The position numbers and the translations under genes are program-made. A stretch of 54,042 nucleotides of DNA, from contig JAAEUB010000174.1 of assembly GCA_024227755.1 (NCBI GenBank), positions 1 through 54,042 on the forward strand, read 5' to 3'. Positions 29,198 through 38,158 of the stretch are shown here, in pieces; the stretch's first letter is position 1; each line of letters opens with the position of its first letter. The stretch is from Paracoccaceae bacterium. GTDB lineage: Bacteria; Pseudomonadota; Alphaproteobacteria; Rhodobacterales; Rhodobacteraceae. The notes under the pieces are model-generated. The model made no database searches. It saw nothing but the letters and a program-made list of their open reading frames with translations, and was not told the origin of the DNA.

Positions 29198-29715
29198 GCC
29201 CGCGCCTTTTCGCGCTTCAGCTTGACCATTCTGCGGGTGATCATCTGGCGCTTGAGCGGTTTAAGGTAGTCGATGAAAAGCTTGCCTTCCAGGTGATCAA
29301 TCTCGTGCTGCACGCAGGTCGCCCAAAGCCCGCCGAAATCTTCCTGCTGTTCGTTCCCGTCACGGTCAATCCAGCGCACGGTCACTTCGGCAGGGCGGGT
29401 TACATCGGCATATTGCTCAGGGATCGAAAGGCAGCCTTCTTCATAGGTGTTCAGATCATCCGAGGACGCGATGACCTCGGGATTGAACATTGCCATTGGT
29501 CGCGGGGCAGCGCCTTCTTCCTTGATGCAATCCAATACGATCAGACGGGTCAGCAAGCCAACTTGTGGAGCGGCCAACCCGATACCCGGCGCGTCATACA
29601 TGGTTTGAAGCATATCATCTGCCAACACCCTGAGCTGATCAGACAGGTCAGGCACAGGCTTGCACACCTTTTTCAGGCGCGGGTCAGGGTGGATCAGGAT
29701 CGGTCTAATGGACAT
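29194..29715 (-). CDS. def: Peptide deformylase (canonical)
   Basis: MSIRPILIHPDPRLKK..., GIGLAAPQVG, EEGCLSIP, VQHEIDHLEG. 173 aa from ATG 29715 (alternative ATG 29724). The 448-aa ORF in the track is an upstream antisense extension. Confidence 0.93.
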   Translation of the reverse strand: MSIRPILIHPDPRLKKVCKPVPDLSDQLRVLADDMLQTMYDAPGIGLAAPQVGLLTRLIVLDCIKEEGAAPRPMAMFNPEVIASSDDLNTYEEGCLSIPEQYADVTRPAEVTVRWIDRDGNEQQEDFGGLWATCVQHEIDHLEGKLFIDYLKPLKRQMITRRMVKLKREKARA

Positions 29716-29814
29716 TCGCTTCATGTAGGGTATGAATTGCCGTTTCGCAACGCCCCTTGCGTCTGCCTGCAAGCACGTTAGCTTGCCAGCGAACAAAAAC
29801 GCGGAGCATGGCGG

Positions 29815-30984
29815 ATGAATTTCGACAAGATGATTGAACGCAGGGGTACCCATTCGGCTAAATGGGACCTGATGGAGCAGATTTACGGCGTGCCTGCCAG
29901 TGACGGTATCTCGATGTGGGTGGCTGATATGGATTTCCAGCCGCCCGCCTGCGTACAAAACGCGCTGCAGGGTATGCTGGACCACGGCATCTATGGCTAT
30001 TACGGCGATGATGCAGCTTACCGCAAGGCAATCGTCTGGTGGATGCAAAACCGCCATGGCTGGCAGGTTGATCCGGCGTCGATCTTCACCACGCATGGGC
30101 TGGTCAACGGCACCGCCATGTGTGTCGATGCCTATAGCGAACCGGGTGACGGCGTGGTGCTGTTCACCCCGGTCTATCACGCCTTCGCCAGAGTGATTAA
30201 CGCCGCCGGGCGCAATGTAGTGGAATGCCCGCTGGCGCTGGTGAACGGGCGCTATGAGATGGATTTTGCAGCCCATGACGCCCAGATGACCGGCGCTGAA
30301 AAGATGCTGGTCTTGTGCTCGCCGCACAATCCCGGAGGTCGCGTCTGGAGCCGCGAGGAATTGCAGGGTGTTGCCGATTTCGCCCGCCGTCACGATCTGA
30401 TTTTGGTCTCGGATGAGATTCACCACGACCTTGTTATGCCCCACCACACCCACATACCCATGACCGCAATTGAGGGCATCGAGGACCGGCTGGTAATGAT
30501 GACCGCCACCACCAAGACCTTCAATATCGCTGGCAGCCATTCAGGCAACGTGATTATTGCGGATGAGGCTTTGCGGGCTCGTTTCGGGGCGCGGATGATG
30601 GCGATGGGGTTGTCGCCAAATTCGTTCGGGCTTTACATGGCCGAAGCGGCCTATTCCCCCAAAGGTGCTGCGTGGGTCGATGAACTGGTGACCTATCTTG
30701 ACGGAAACCGGCGGCTGTTTGACGACGCCATCAATGCCATTCCCGGCCTGAAATCGATGCCGCTCGAGGCGACCTATCTTGCATGGGTCGATTTCTCTGG
30801 CACCGGCATGGAAATGGCTGAGTTCACCGCACGCGTTGAGAAAACCGCACATATTGCGGTCAATCACGGGCCAACCTTTGGCACTGGCGGCGATGATTTT
30901 CTTCGCTTCAACATTGCCACCCCACGCGCGCGAATTACTGAAGCAGTAGAGCGGATGGGCAAAGCGTTTGACGACTTGCAGTAA
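29815..30984 (+). CDS. PLP-dependent C-S lyase, MalY/PatB family (cystathionine beta-lyase-like aminotransferase fold)
   Basis: ERRGTHSAKWD..., MWVADMDFQPP..., CSPHNPGGRVW..., and the TKTFNIAG lysine motif. Confidence 0.85.
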   Translation: MNFDKMIERRGTHSAKWDLMEQIYGVPASDGISMWVADMDFQPPACVQNALQGMLDHGIYGYYGDDAAYRKAIVWWMQNRHGWQVDPASIFTTHGLVNGTAMCVDAYSEPGDGVVLFTPVYHAFARVINAAGRNVVECPLALVNGRYEMDFAAHDAQMTGAEKMLVLCSPHNPGGRVWSREELQGVADFARRHDLILVSDEIHHDLVMPHHTHIPMTAIEGIEDRLVMMTATTKTFNIAGSHSGNVIIADEALRARFGARMMAMGLSPNSFGLYMAEAAYSPKGAAWVDELVTYLDGNRRLFDDAINAIPGLKSMPLEATYLAWVDFSGTGMEMAEFTARVEKTAHIAVNHGPTFGTGGDDFLRFNIATPRARITEAVERMGKAFDDLQ

Positions 30985-30996
30985 GCGGCAAGGGGC

Positions 30997-32430
30997 CTAT
31001 TCGACGACCTCCATCGCCTGCGAATAGGAATACTTGTCCCCGATGGTAAAAATCGCCGCAACCCAGTTGTTAAGCTCGGGCGATATCCAATAGCTTGCGT
31101 CAAAGTCAAAGCTGTTGGTCTTGCCCAAAATGGTTATATCGCCACGCAGGACAAAGCTAACCTTGTATGTATCGAAAACGCCCATGGGCACGTGAATTCG
31201 GTCGGTTTCCACATTGATGCTCCAGTCGATCTGCCCAAGGGGCACAGTCTGGATATCGGGACGGCATCCCATCATAATTGCGCTCATCCCCGGTCCGGTG
31301 GCACACATGGCGGTGAAGGTTGCAATGCCCTGAGCTGAAGCACCGTCTTGTAGCGGCCAGACCTGAGCGGGTTCAGTATCACCCCAAACCGGGGCAATCA
31401 CCGGCGTGCCGGGTCCGAACGGCTGCACGTTAAGCTGAAAAAGCCCGCGAAATCTGGCTTGCGGTGGGCGGCGCGATGGGGTGCCGTTATTCCTGTGCTC
31501 AAACGTCGTGATTGGGTCCAGATCATCCCCGCCGCCTGCAACGTAACTGCGCCGAAAAACCGAGGCGGTTTCCGGCATCGGGTAAGTGTTCCCACCAAAA
31601 AAATTGATCAGGTCCTCGATGGATTTTGTCGTATCGTCACGGCTGTCCACCGGTGCGAAAATGTTGAAATAGCGAATTTCCTGACCCTCATCAGGCGGTA
31701 CCCAGGCAAGTGGTTCCATCTGGGAAGGGGCATCAGTGCCGACAAAATCCTGCAACCAGTCGCGCATAGTAAGCTTGTTGGGATCAAGGGTGTAGAGAAT
31801 GCGGGCATGATATGCTGCCCGTTGCGGCAACTCGGCCCATTGAAAGGACCTGTAGGCGCGCGAATGTATAGCATCGGAGAGTGGTTTGATATGAGCGGCC
31901 TCGGCGTAGGAATTGCCCGCTTCCGCGTCTCTGTCCAAAAGGGAAAGCGCCCTGCCACGCTCATAGTGCGACCAGTAATAGTCACTATCCAGCGCTATCG
32001 CCTGATCCAGCGCGGCAATTGCACCTTCGTGATTGCCAAGCTGACCACGGGTATATCCGAGCCGGTAAAAATGCCAGTCTTCGTCTCCGGTAATTTCGGT
32101 AAGATGGACAAGGTCCGTCTCGGCTTCCTGGTGGCGCTCGCTTTGGTTAAAGGCAACCGACCGCCGTTCAAGGGCGCGAATGTGGTCCGGCGCTATCGCC
32201 AAAGCCTTGCTGAAGGCCTCTATCGCCTCAGCAAATTGCTCATCTTCACTCAGGGCCTCCCCCAAAGCTACATACGCGTCCGGATCATTTTGGCTGGCAT
32301 CCAAAACCCGGTTGCAGGCGGCAATCTTTTCGTAGTGGAACAGATCATCATTTGCACAATCCTCACGATCACCCGCGAAAACTGCGAAGGGAAGCAAGCA
32401 GGCCAGAATTGAGGTGGTCAATGTCTTCAC
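30997..32430 (-). CDS. Secreted TPR-repeat protein with an uncharacterised C-terminal domain
   Basis: Signal peptide MKTLTTSILACLLPFAVFAG. TPR-like repeats in aa ~40-200 (AIEAFSKALAIAPDH..., GAIAALDQAIALDSDY...). The C-terminal ~270 aa has no motif I recognise. Confidence 0.6.
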   Translation of the reverse strand: MKTLTTSILACLLPFAVFAGDREDCANDDLFHYEKIAACNRVLDASQNDPDAYVALGEALSEDEQFAEAIEAFSKALAIAPDHIRALERRSVAFNQSERHQEAETDLVHLTEITGDEDWHFYRLGYTRGQLGNHEGAIAALDQAIALDSDYYWSHYERGRALSLLDRDAEAGNSYAEAAHIKPLSDAIHSRAYRSFQWAELPQRAAYHARILYTLDPNKLTMRDWLQDFVGTDAPSQMEPLAWVPPDEGQEIRYFNIFAPVDSRDDTTKSIEDLINFFGGNTYPMPETASVFRRSYVAGGGDDLDPITTFEHRNNGTPSRRPPQARFRGLFQLNVQPFGPGTPVIAPVWGDTEPAQVWPLQDGASAQGIATFTAMCATGPGMSAIMMGCRPDIQTVPLGQIDWSINVETDRIHVPMGVFDTYKVSFVLRGDITILGKTNSFDFDASYWISPELNNWVAAIFTIGDKYSYSQAMEVVE

Positions 32431-32479
32431 GTCAGGCTCCTTTTTTTGGCGAAAGGCAGCTGTGGTCAGATGTGTCCTT

Positions 32480-32827
32480 CTATCCGGTGATCAAAGCCAC
32501 CGGAGCGTTTTCGCCGCGCACAAAATCCAACGGCGCGGTTTTCTTGACCTCGGTCGCGCGTTTGAAATCGTACCGAGTTTGCCCGGCTTCCTCCTCTGAG
32601 GTGACAATCAGACACTGATACAGGTGGCGCGAACCGTCATAGACATCCACCAGCCCGCGCAGATGCGGCGCGTTTTCGCTGTCCAGCGCAAATCCGTCTT
32701 CCCACAGCTTCAGCACCGGAAACACTTCGTCCCCTACCCGCAGCCGCAGGCGGCTTTTCTTGCGAAGGGAGCGTTTGCGGGCCAGTTCCAACCCCTCGCG
32801 CACCTCTTTTGGCAGGTATTCAGACAT
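32480..32827 (-). CDS. Small hypothetical protein (Arg/Lys-rich N-terminus)
   Basis: 115 aa from ATG 32827 (GGGGGAAAC Shine-Dalgarno): MSEYLPKEVREGLELARKRSLRKKSRLRLRVGDEVFPVLKLW.... No family recognised. Confidence 0.5.
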   Translation of the reverse strand: MSEYLPKEVREGLELARKRSLRKKSRLRLRVGDEVFPVLKLWEDGFALDSENAPHLRGLVDVYDGSRHLYQCLIVTSEEEAGQTRYDFKRATEVKKTAPLDFVRGENAPVALITG

Positions 32828-32904
32828 GTTTCCCCCTATCCGGTGACAGATTGCCACAGGTAAGGAAAAGGTCAAGTTAACCTTTTCGCTAAACGGCTTT
32901 TTGG

Positions 32905-33696
32905 TCAGGTATTGTGGTCTTCCACCAGGTTGACCCCAACCACTGGTCGCAAAACATGCGGGCGGGCGGGGTCGTAAAGCGCCGAATCCTTGAAATTTCT
33001 GATCGCGCCCAAGGCAGGACCGACCAGAATCAGTGCCGTGCGGGTTATCTTCTCGGCCCTCACCTTGCCGCGGATATCCGCCAATGTACCACGGATCAGC
33101 AGCTCGTCAGGCCACGAGGCACGGTATGCCACCACCACTGGGCAATCGGCACCATAATAGGGTATCAGCACGCGCTCAATCTCGCGCATATTGCGCACCG
33201 CCAAATGGATGGCAAGGGTGGCACCAGTACGGGCGAAGTTTTCCAATGTCTCACCTTCGGGCATCGAGGTGGATTGCATCGACATCCGTGTCAGCACGAT
33301 GGACTGGGCCACTTCCGGGATGGTCAGTTCCTGCCCCAAAGCCGCCGCTGCGGCCGCGTAGGCTGGCACGCCCGGGATGATTTGATAGGGGATATTATCT
33401 GCGTTCAGCCGCCTGATCTGTTCGGCAATGGCCCCATAAAGCGACGGATCACCCGAATGCACCCGCGCCACATCTTCACCGCGCCCATGCGCGCGAGCGA
33501 TTTCATTGTGAGTATCGTCCAGGGTCATGGCCGCCGTGTCCAGCACCCGCGCACCTTTCGGAGCACCGGCCACAACCTCGGGCGGCACCAATGATCCGGC
33601 AAACAGGCACACCGGACATGCCGCAATCAACCGCTGTGCTTTCAAGGTCAAAAGCTCGGGATCGCCCGGTCCTGCCCCTATGAAGTATACCGTCAT
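32905..33696 (-). CDS. cobM: Precorrin-4 / cobalt-precorrin-4 C11-methyltransferase
   Basis: MTVYFIGAGPGDPELLTLKAQRLIAACPVCLFAGSLV. 263 aa. ATGA overlap with the upstream gene. Confidence 0.92.
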   Translation of the reverse strand: MTVYFIGAGPGDPELLTLKAQRLIAACPVCLFAGSLVPPEVVAGAPKGARVLDTAAMTLDDTHNEIARAHGRGEDVARVHSGDPSLYGAIAEQIRRLNADNIPYQIIPGVPAYAAAAAALGQELTIPEVAQSIVLTRMSMQSTSMPEGETLENFARTGATLAIHLAVRNMREIERVLIPYYGADCPVVVAYRASWPDELLIRGTLADIRGKVRAEKITRTALILVGPALGAIRNFKDSALYDPARPHVLRPVVGVNLVEDHNT

Positions 33697-35558
33697 TTCA
33701 GCCCCCCGGCCTGCACAGATAAGTCACCATCAATACGGCGCGCATATCCGCGCGGCGTATACATACGCGGACCTTCGCCCAGCTTTGCCAGTTGGGAATT
33801 TGACGACCCGACCAGAACCACCGTCAGCATGTCGACCTCATCCACTTCAAGTTCATCCAGCCGCCGGTACCGCAGATGCTCATCCACCCGGCCCAGATTG
33901 CTGGCCAGCATGACGGGCGTATCCGCCGGGCGATGCTGAAGCAGAATATCGCGCGCCTCGGCCAGCAAGGTACGTCGCTTTTTTGACACCGGATTGTAAA
34001 AGGCAATCACGAAATCGCCCTCGGCGGCGGCCTTCAGGCGTTTGAGGATATCGGCGCGCGGGGTCAACAGATCACTTAGGGAAATGGCACAAAAGTCATG
34101 CCCCAAAGGTGCCCCTGCCCGCGCCGCCGCGCCTTGCAAGGCGGAAACACCCGGTGTTGAAACCACCTCGACCCGCCGCGCGGCGTCGCTTACCCCGTGT
34201 TCATCTGGCCCGCGATCCAGAAGCTCAAATACCAGCGCGCCCATGGCGTAAATTCCTGCATCACCTGAACAGATCAGTGCGACATTGGCACCTTTGCCCG
34301 CCTGCTCAAGCGCATAGCGGCACCGTGCTTCTTCGCCGCCCAAAGGGAAATCCGAGCGGGCTTTGCCTGCCGCCAGAGGTCCCAACAGGTCGATATAGAG
34401 GCCATAGCCCACCAGTTCGCTTGCCTCCTGTATCAGCCTGGAGGCCTCAGGCGTGCGCCAGCTTGCCTGCCCCGGTCCGATACCGATGATCGACAGCCGC
34501 CCGCGCGCGCACCCGCGCAACTCGGGAATTGGTTCAGGAGCAAAGGACATAGCCGCTGTCGCCATCGCGGTCTTGACCTTCGGCCTGCCCAGAAAGGCAT
34601 CATCTCCACCAGCAGCCAGCGCTGCGTTCTCGGCCACGCCGTGGGTGCCAACCTCGGCAAAAACCACGTCGGATGGGTTTTCGGTGCGGGGCGTCATCGC
34701 TTCCAGTTCCTGTGCGGAAAACAACCGCAGGGGCAGATCCAGATGTTTTGCCAATGCGTGCATGGCTGGCTCGTCTGCCTTCAGGTCAAGCGTCGCTATA
34801 CATTTGATCGCTTTTGGCGCGGTTTCGCTTTCCTTCAGCAGGTCATCGACCAGCCTGATCAATTCCTCAGGCGGGCAATTGCGGGCGCATCCCACCCCCA
34901 GGACAAAACGTTGTGGATGATAAAGAAGATGTGGTGGGGCGACAGGCCAGGGTTCGGTGGTGCATATCAGGTCGACAACTTTTTCCTGACCCAGCGGATC
35001 CGCCGCTGGCAAGTTTTTCAGCCACCCCGCCTTTGGCGCCTCGTCGCCATCGACATGCGCCCTCCCGCCTTGCAACAGCACCGTCATCGCCGCCTTGGCG
35101 TTCTCCGGGTTGGCCAGAACCCAACCTGCGGGCGGCTCATCCAGCGCCACACCCAAAGCCACGTCACCGGCGGTGGTTACCGCCGCTTTACCGCCCAGCC
35201 CGTCCGAGATTTCGCGCGCCAGCCGGTTGGCACCCCTGTGTCCGCCCAACAAAGGTACGACCACGGCCCCGTCATCCGAAACCGCCAAAACCGGCGGCTC
35301 ATTGGTTTTGTCCGCCAACATTGGGGCCACGGCGCGGATCAGAATGCCCGCCGCACAGACACCCACGACCGGCACCCCGGCCGCGAACAGATCACGCGCG
35401 TGATCAAGCGCGTTGGGAAAGAAGGCGTCAGCCTTGTCCACCCGCCCCTCGCGCCCATGCAAGTTTGCACCCAACAGGTCGGCAACCCGATGCGCCACCG
35501 CTTCACCCGCCCGGTTCAGGCAAATCACGACCGGTTTCACAGCCGCTTCTACAGCCAT
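33693..35558 (-). CDS. cobJ: Fusion protein: CbiG-like domains (N) + precorrin-3B / cobalt-precorrin-3 C17-methyltransferase CobJ/CbiH (C)
   Basis: N-terminal VPVVGVCAAGILIRAVAP...VVPLLGGHRGANRLA and a central CbiG_C-like FVLGVGCARNCPPEEL. The C-terminal half is RLSIIGIGPGQASWRTPEA...ALICSGDAGIYAM (tetrapyrrole methylase). Start at ATG 35558 (alternative TTG 35570). Confidence 0.85.
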   Translation of the reverse strand: MAVEAAVKPVVICLNRAGEAVAHRVADLLGANLHGREGRVDKADAFFPNALDHARDLFAAGVPVVGVCAAGILIRAVAPMLADKTNEPPVLAVSDDGAVVVPLLGGHRGANRLAREISDGLGGKAAVTTAGDVALGVALDEPPAGWVLANPENAKAAMTVLLQGGRAHVDGDEAPKAGWLKNLPAADPLGQEKVVDLICTTEPWPVAPPHLLYHPQRFVLGVGCARNCPPEELIRLVDDLLKESETAPKAIKCIATLDLKADEPAMHALAKHLDLPLRLFSAQELEAMTPRTENPSDVVFAEVGTHGVAENAALAAGGDDAFLGRPKVKTAMATAAMSFAPEPIPELRGCARGRLSIIGIGPGQASWRTPEASRLIQEASELVGYGLYIDLLGPLAAGKARSDFPLGGEEARCRYALEQAGKGANVALICSGDAGIYAMGALVFELLDRGPDEHGVSDAARRVEVVSTPGVSALQGAAARAGAPLGHDFCAISLSDLLTPRADILKRLKAAAEGDFVIAFYNPVSKKRRTLLAEARDILLQHRPADTPVMLASNLGRVDEHLRYRRLDELEVDEVDMLTVVLVGSSNSQLAKLGEGPRMYTPRGYARRIDGDLSVQAGGLK

Positions 35559-35560
35559 TT

Positions 35561-36262
35561 CTATAGCCAAGGATCAGCCCCTTTTGTCAGCAATATCATT
35601 GAAAAATAGGGTGCTGGATCAGGGGCATCACAAAGCGGTAAAACCCTTTCCTCACCCAAAGTTGCGCGTTCAATATAGATGGCGCGCTTGGTCAGACCCA
35701 GCCCTTCGATCACCGCCCGCACCCGGCCCAGATGCCGACCCACTTTGATGATCGCCACGCTATCTGCCGCGTCAAGGCCGGCGCGCAAGGCCGCGTCCTC
35801 GAGTGGTGCGGGCAATACGCTGAACATCTCATTGCGAGCCACCAACGGCAGACCCATCCGCGCCGAGGCTGCCGAGACCGAGGTTACGCCCGGAACAACC
35901 TCAACCGTGAACCGTTCTGACAGTCGCGCATGAAGGTACATGAACGAGCCGTAAAAGAACGGGTCGCCTTCGCACAGGACCACCACATCCCCGCCAGCCT
36001 CAAGCGCTCCGGTAATCTCTTTCGCTGCTTTGTCATATGCCATCTGCGCCGGGGTACGCTCAGGTGTCATCGGGACTTCAAAGGCGAGCTCGATCGTGCC
36101 TTCGCGGATCATTCCGGCGGCAATCTTTCGGGCAAAGCTTTCTGCCCCCGGCAAACACGGATAGGCCACAACGGCAGCCTCGGAAATCAGCCGCGCCGCT
36201 TTCAGCGTCATAAGCTCCGGATCACCGGGACCCAGGCCGATGCCATAAAGAACCCCACTCAT
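35561..36262 (-). CDS. cobI: Precorrin-2 / cobalt-precorrin-2 C20-methyltransferase
   Basis: MSGVLYGIGLGPGDPELMTLKAARLISEAAVVAYP. The ATG at 36262 overlaps the cobL TGA (ATGA). Confidence 0.9.
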   Translation of the reverse strand: MSGVLYGIGLGPGDPELMTLKAARLISEAAVVAYPCLPGAESFARKIAAGMIREGTIELAFEVPMTPERTPAQMAYDKAAKEITGALEAGGDVVVLCEGDPFFYGSFMYLHARLSERFTVEVVPGVTSVSAASARMGLPLVARNEMFSVLPAPLEDAALRAGLDAADSVAIIKVGRHLGRVRAVIEGLGLTKRAIYIERATLGEERVLPLCDAPDPAPYFSMILLTKGADPWL

Positions 36263-37461
36263 CGTTTGATCAGGCTCCATTGTGTGACCGGTCTCAGACT
36301 GCGCCAGCCGGTAAGTTTCCCCAAAGGTTCAGCCCGCGACACCGCAAGCTTAACCAGTTGCCCGCCATGTTCCTTGTGCAGCTCGCCCAGCAATGCCTCG
36401 CTTTCCAGCGTCACGGCATTGGCCACCAACCGCCCCAAAGGTCGCAGCGCGGCCCAGGCGGCGGCAAAAACCTCGGCGCTTAGCCCGCCGCCGATAAATA
36501 CGGCGTCCGGTTGCTCCAAACCGGTCAACGCGCCGGGCACCTCGCCGTCGATCAGTTCAAGCTTTGGCACACCCAAAGCCAGTGCGTTTGCGGCAGCCAT
36601 TGCGCGGCGGTCGGCGCGTGGCTCGATACCGATAGCACGGGCATAGCGCGCACCACGCATCCATTCGACCGCGACGGAACCACAGCCTGTGCCGATATCC
36701 CACAAAAGCGCGCCGCGCATCGGCATCAGCTTGGCCAATGTCGCTGCGCGCACTTCCTGCTTGGTCATTGTGCCGTCATGCTGAAACAACTCATCCGTCA
36801 GCCCCGGCACCCGCGGCAACAGGGCCGCATCAGGGGCCGCCACGCATTCCACCGCCAGCGTGTTGAACGGTGGCACGTCAAAGGTCCAGCTTTCTGCAAC
36901 CCCGTCAAAGCGCGCCTCGTCGTTGCCACCCATATGCGCCAGCACAGTCATCCGGCTTTTGCCAAACCCACGCCTTGTCAGGAAGGCCGCGATCTGGCCC
37001 GGCGTTTCTGCGCCGGTGGTTAATACCAGTAAACGCGCATCCGGCTGAATAAACGCGATCATCTGTTCGACCGGGCGGCCATGCACGGTCAGCGTCTCAA
37101 GGTCCGCCATAGACCAGCCCATGCGCGCCGCTGCCAGTTGAAACGCCCCGACCTGCGGATGATACGTAATCTCGCCGGGATCAATATGGCGGCCAATGCG
37201 TGCACCCACCGAGAACCACAACGGATCACCCGAGGCCAGCACCACAACCCGGCGACCTTTTTGGCCCTCCAGAGTTCCCAGCAAAGCATCAAACGGTGAT
37301 GGCCAGCTGATTTGCTCAGCGCCGCAGACTTCAGTCAGGGCATGGTGCCGCTCGCCACCAACGATAACCTCGGCAGCCTCCACGACAGCACGGGTGGCAG
37401 GGGTCAGACCCACAAGCCCGTCTTCGCCAATGCCAACGATATGCAGCCAGGGATTAGCCAT
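36259..37461 (-). CDS. cobL: Precorrin-6Y C5,15-methyltransferase (decarboxylating), CbiE+CbiT fusion
   Basis: 400 aa. The N-terminal tetrapyrrole methylase region is LHIVGIGEDG...VLASGDPLWF. The C-terminal SAM methyltransferase region is LWDIGTGCGSVAVE. Confidence 0.9.
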   Translation of the reverse strand: MANPWLHIVGIGEDGLVGLTPATRAVVEAAEVIVGGERHHALTEVCGAEQISWPSPFDALLGTLEGQKGRRVVVLASGDPLWFSVGARIGRHIDPGEITYHPQVGAFQLAAARMGWSMADLETLTVHGRPVEQMIAFIQPDARLLVLTTGAETPGQIAAFLTRRGFGKSRMTVLAHMGGNDEARFDGVAESWTFDVPPFNTLAVECVAAPDAALLPRVPGLTDELFQHDGTMTKQEVRAATLAKLMPMRGALLWDIGTGCGSVAVEWMRGARYARAIGIEPRADRRAMAAANALALGVPKLELIDGEVPGALTGLEQPDAVFIGGGLSAEVFAAAWAALRPLGRLVANAVTLESEALLGELHKEHGGQLVKLAVSRAEPLGKLTGWRSLRPVTQWSLIKR

Positions 37462-38158
37462 TTTGCCCCATCTCCTCTGGCAATCCCGCGGCCAGTGCGT
37501 TCACTGCGGCAGATGCCATTGCGGAACCACCGCGACGGCCCCTCAGGGCAATGTATTCGCACCCTCTTGGCCGCGCCGCAAGCTCGGCCTTGCTTTCAGC
37601 CGCGCCGACAAAGCCAACCGGGAAACCAAGGATCACGGCCGGTTTGGGTGCACCGGCATCAAGCAGTTCAAGCAGATGGAACAATGCAGTCGGAGCATTG
37701 CCAATCGCCACCACCGCACCCTCCAAATGATCCGCCCACAGCTCTGTCGCTGCTGCCGAACGGGTGTTGGCGATCTTCCCCGCCAGCTTTGGCACGCGCG
37801 GGTCATTCAAAGTGACAATCACTTCGTTACCAGCGGGTAAATACCGGCGTATGATCCCCGCCCCGACCATCTCACAGTCACATAGGATGGGTGCTCCGCC
37901 AAGTAACGCACCCCGCCCGGCTTCGTACGCACCGGGGGAAAATGCCAGCCGGTCGGCCACCTCAATCATGCCACATGCATGGATCAGACGAACCGCCAAA
38001 GCATCCATGCCTGGCGCGAACCGCTCCAGCCGCGCCTCACGCCGTACCGTTTCAAAGCTTTGTGCATAGATCGCGGCGGGTGCGCGCTCATACCTGAGCG
38101 CGGGTCTGGACGAGCGGCCCTCGGATTGGGGGTCCGAGGGCAGGCCACCCCCTGTCAT
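37454..38158 (-). CDS. cobH: Precorrin-8X methylmutase
   Basis: IYAQSFETVRREA...AVRLIHACGM...PILCDCEMV...VAIGNAPTALF. Confidence 0.92.
   Translation of the reverse strand: MTGGGLPSDPQSEGRSSRPALRYERAPAAIYAQSFETVRREARLERFAPGMDALAVRLIHACGMIEVADRLAFSPGAYEAGRGALLGGAPILCDCEMVGAGIIRRYLPAGNEVIVTLNDPRVPKLAGKIANTRSAAATELWADHLEGAVVAIGNAPTALFHLLELLDAGAPKPAVILGFPVGFVGAAESKAELAARPRGCEYIALRGRRGGSAMASAAVNALAAGLPEEMGQNG

Noticed and set aside
29716-30540. Upstream extension of the def ORF to 448 aa, as listed in the ORF track.
   Set aside because: The extension is antisense to the well-supported PatB/MalY gene (29815-30984) and has no recognisable protein features. A canonical Def begins at MSIRPILIHPDPRLKK (ATG 29715).
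32480-32827. A PilZ (c-di-GMP-binding) assignment for the small Arg-rich protein, because of RKKSR followed by a beta-rich region.
   Set aside because: An RxxxR-like stretch is present, but I cannot find the (D/N)xSxxG second motif at the expected distance. The resemblance is too weak to call.
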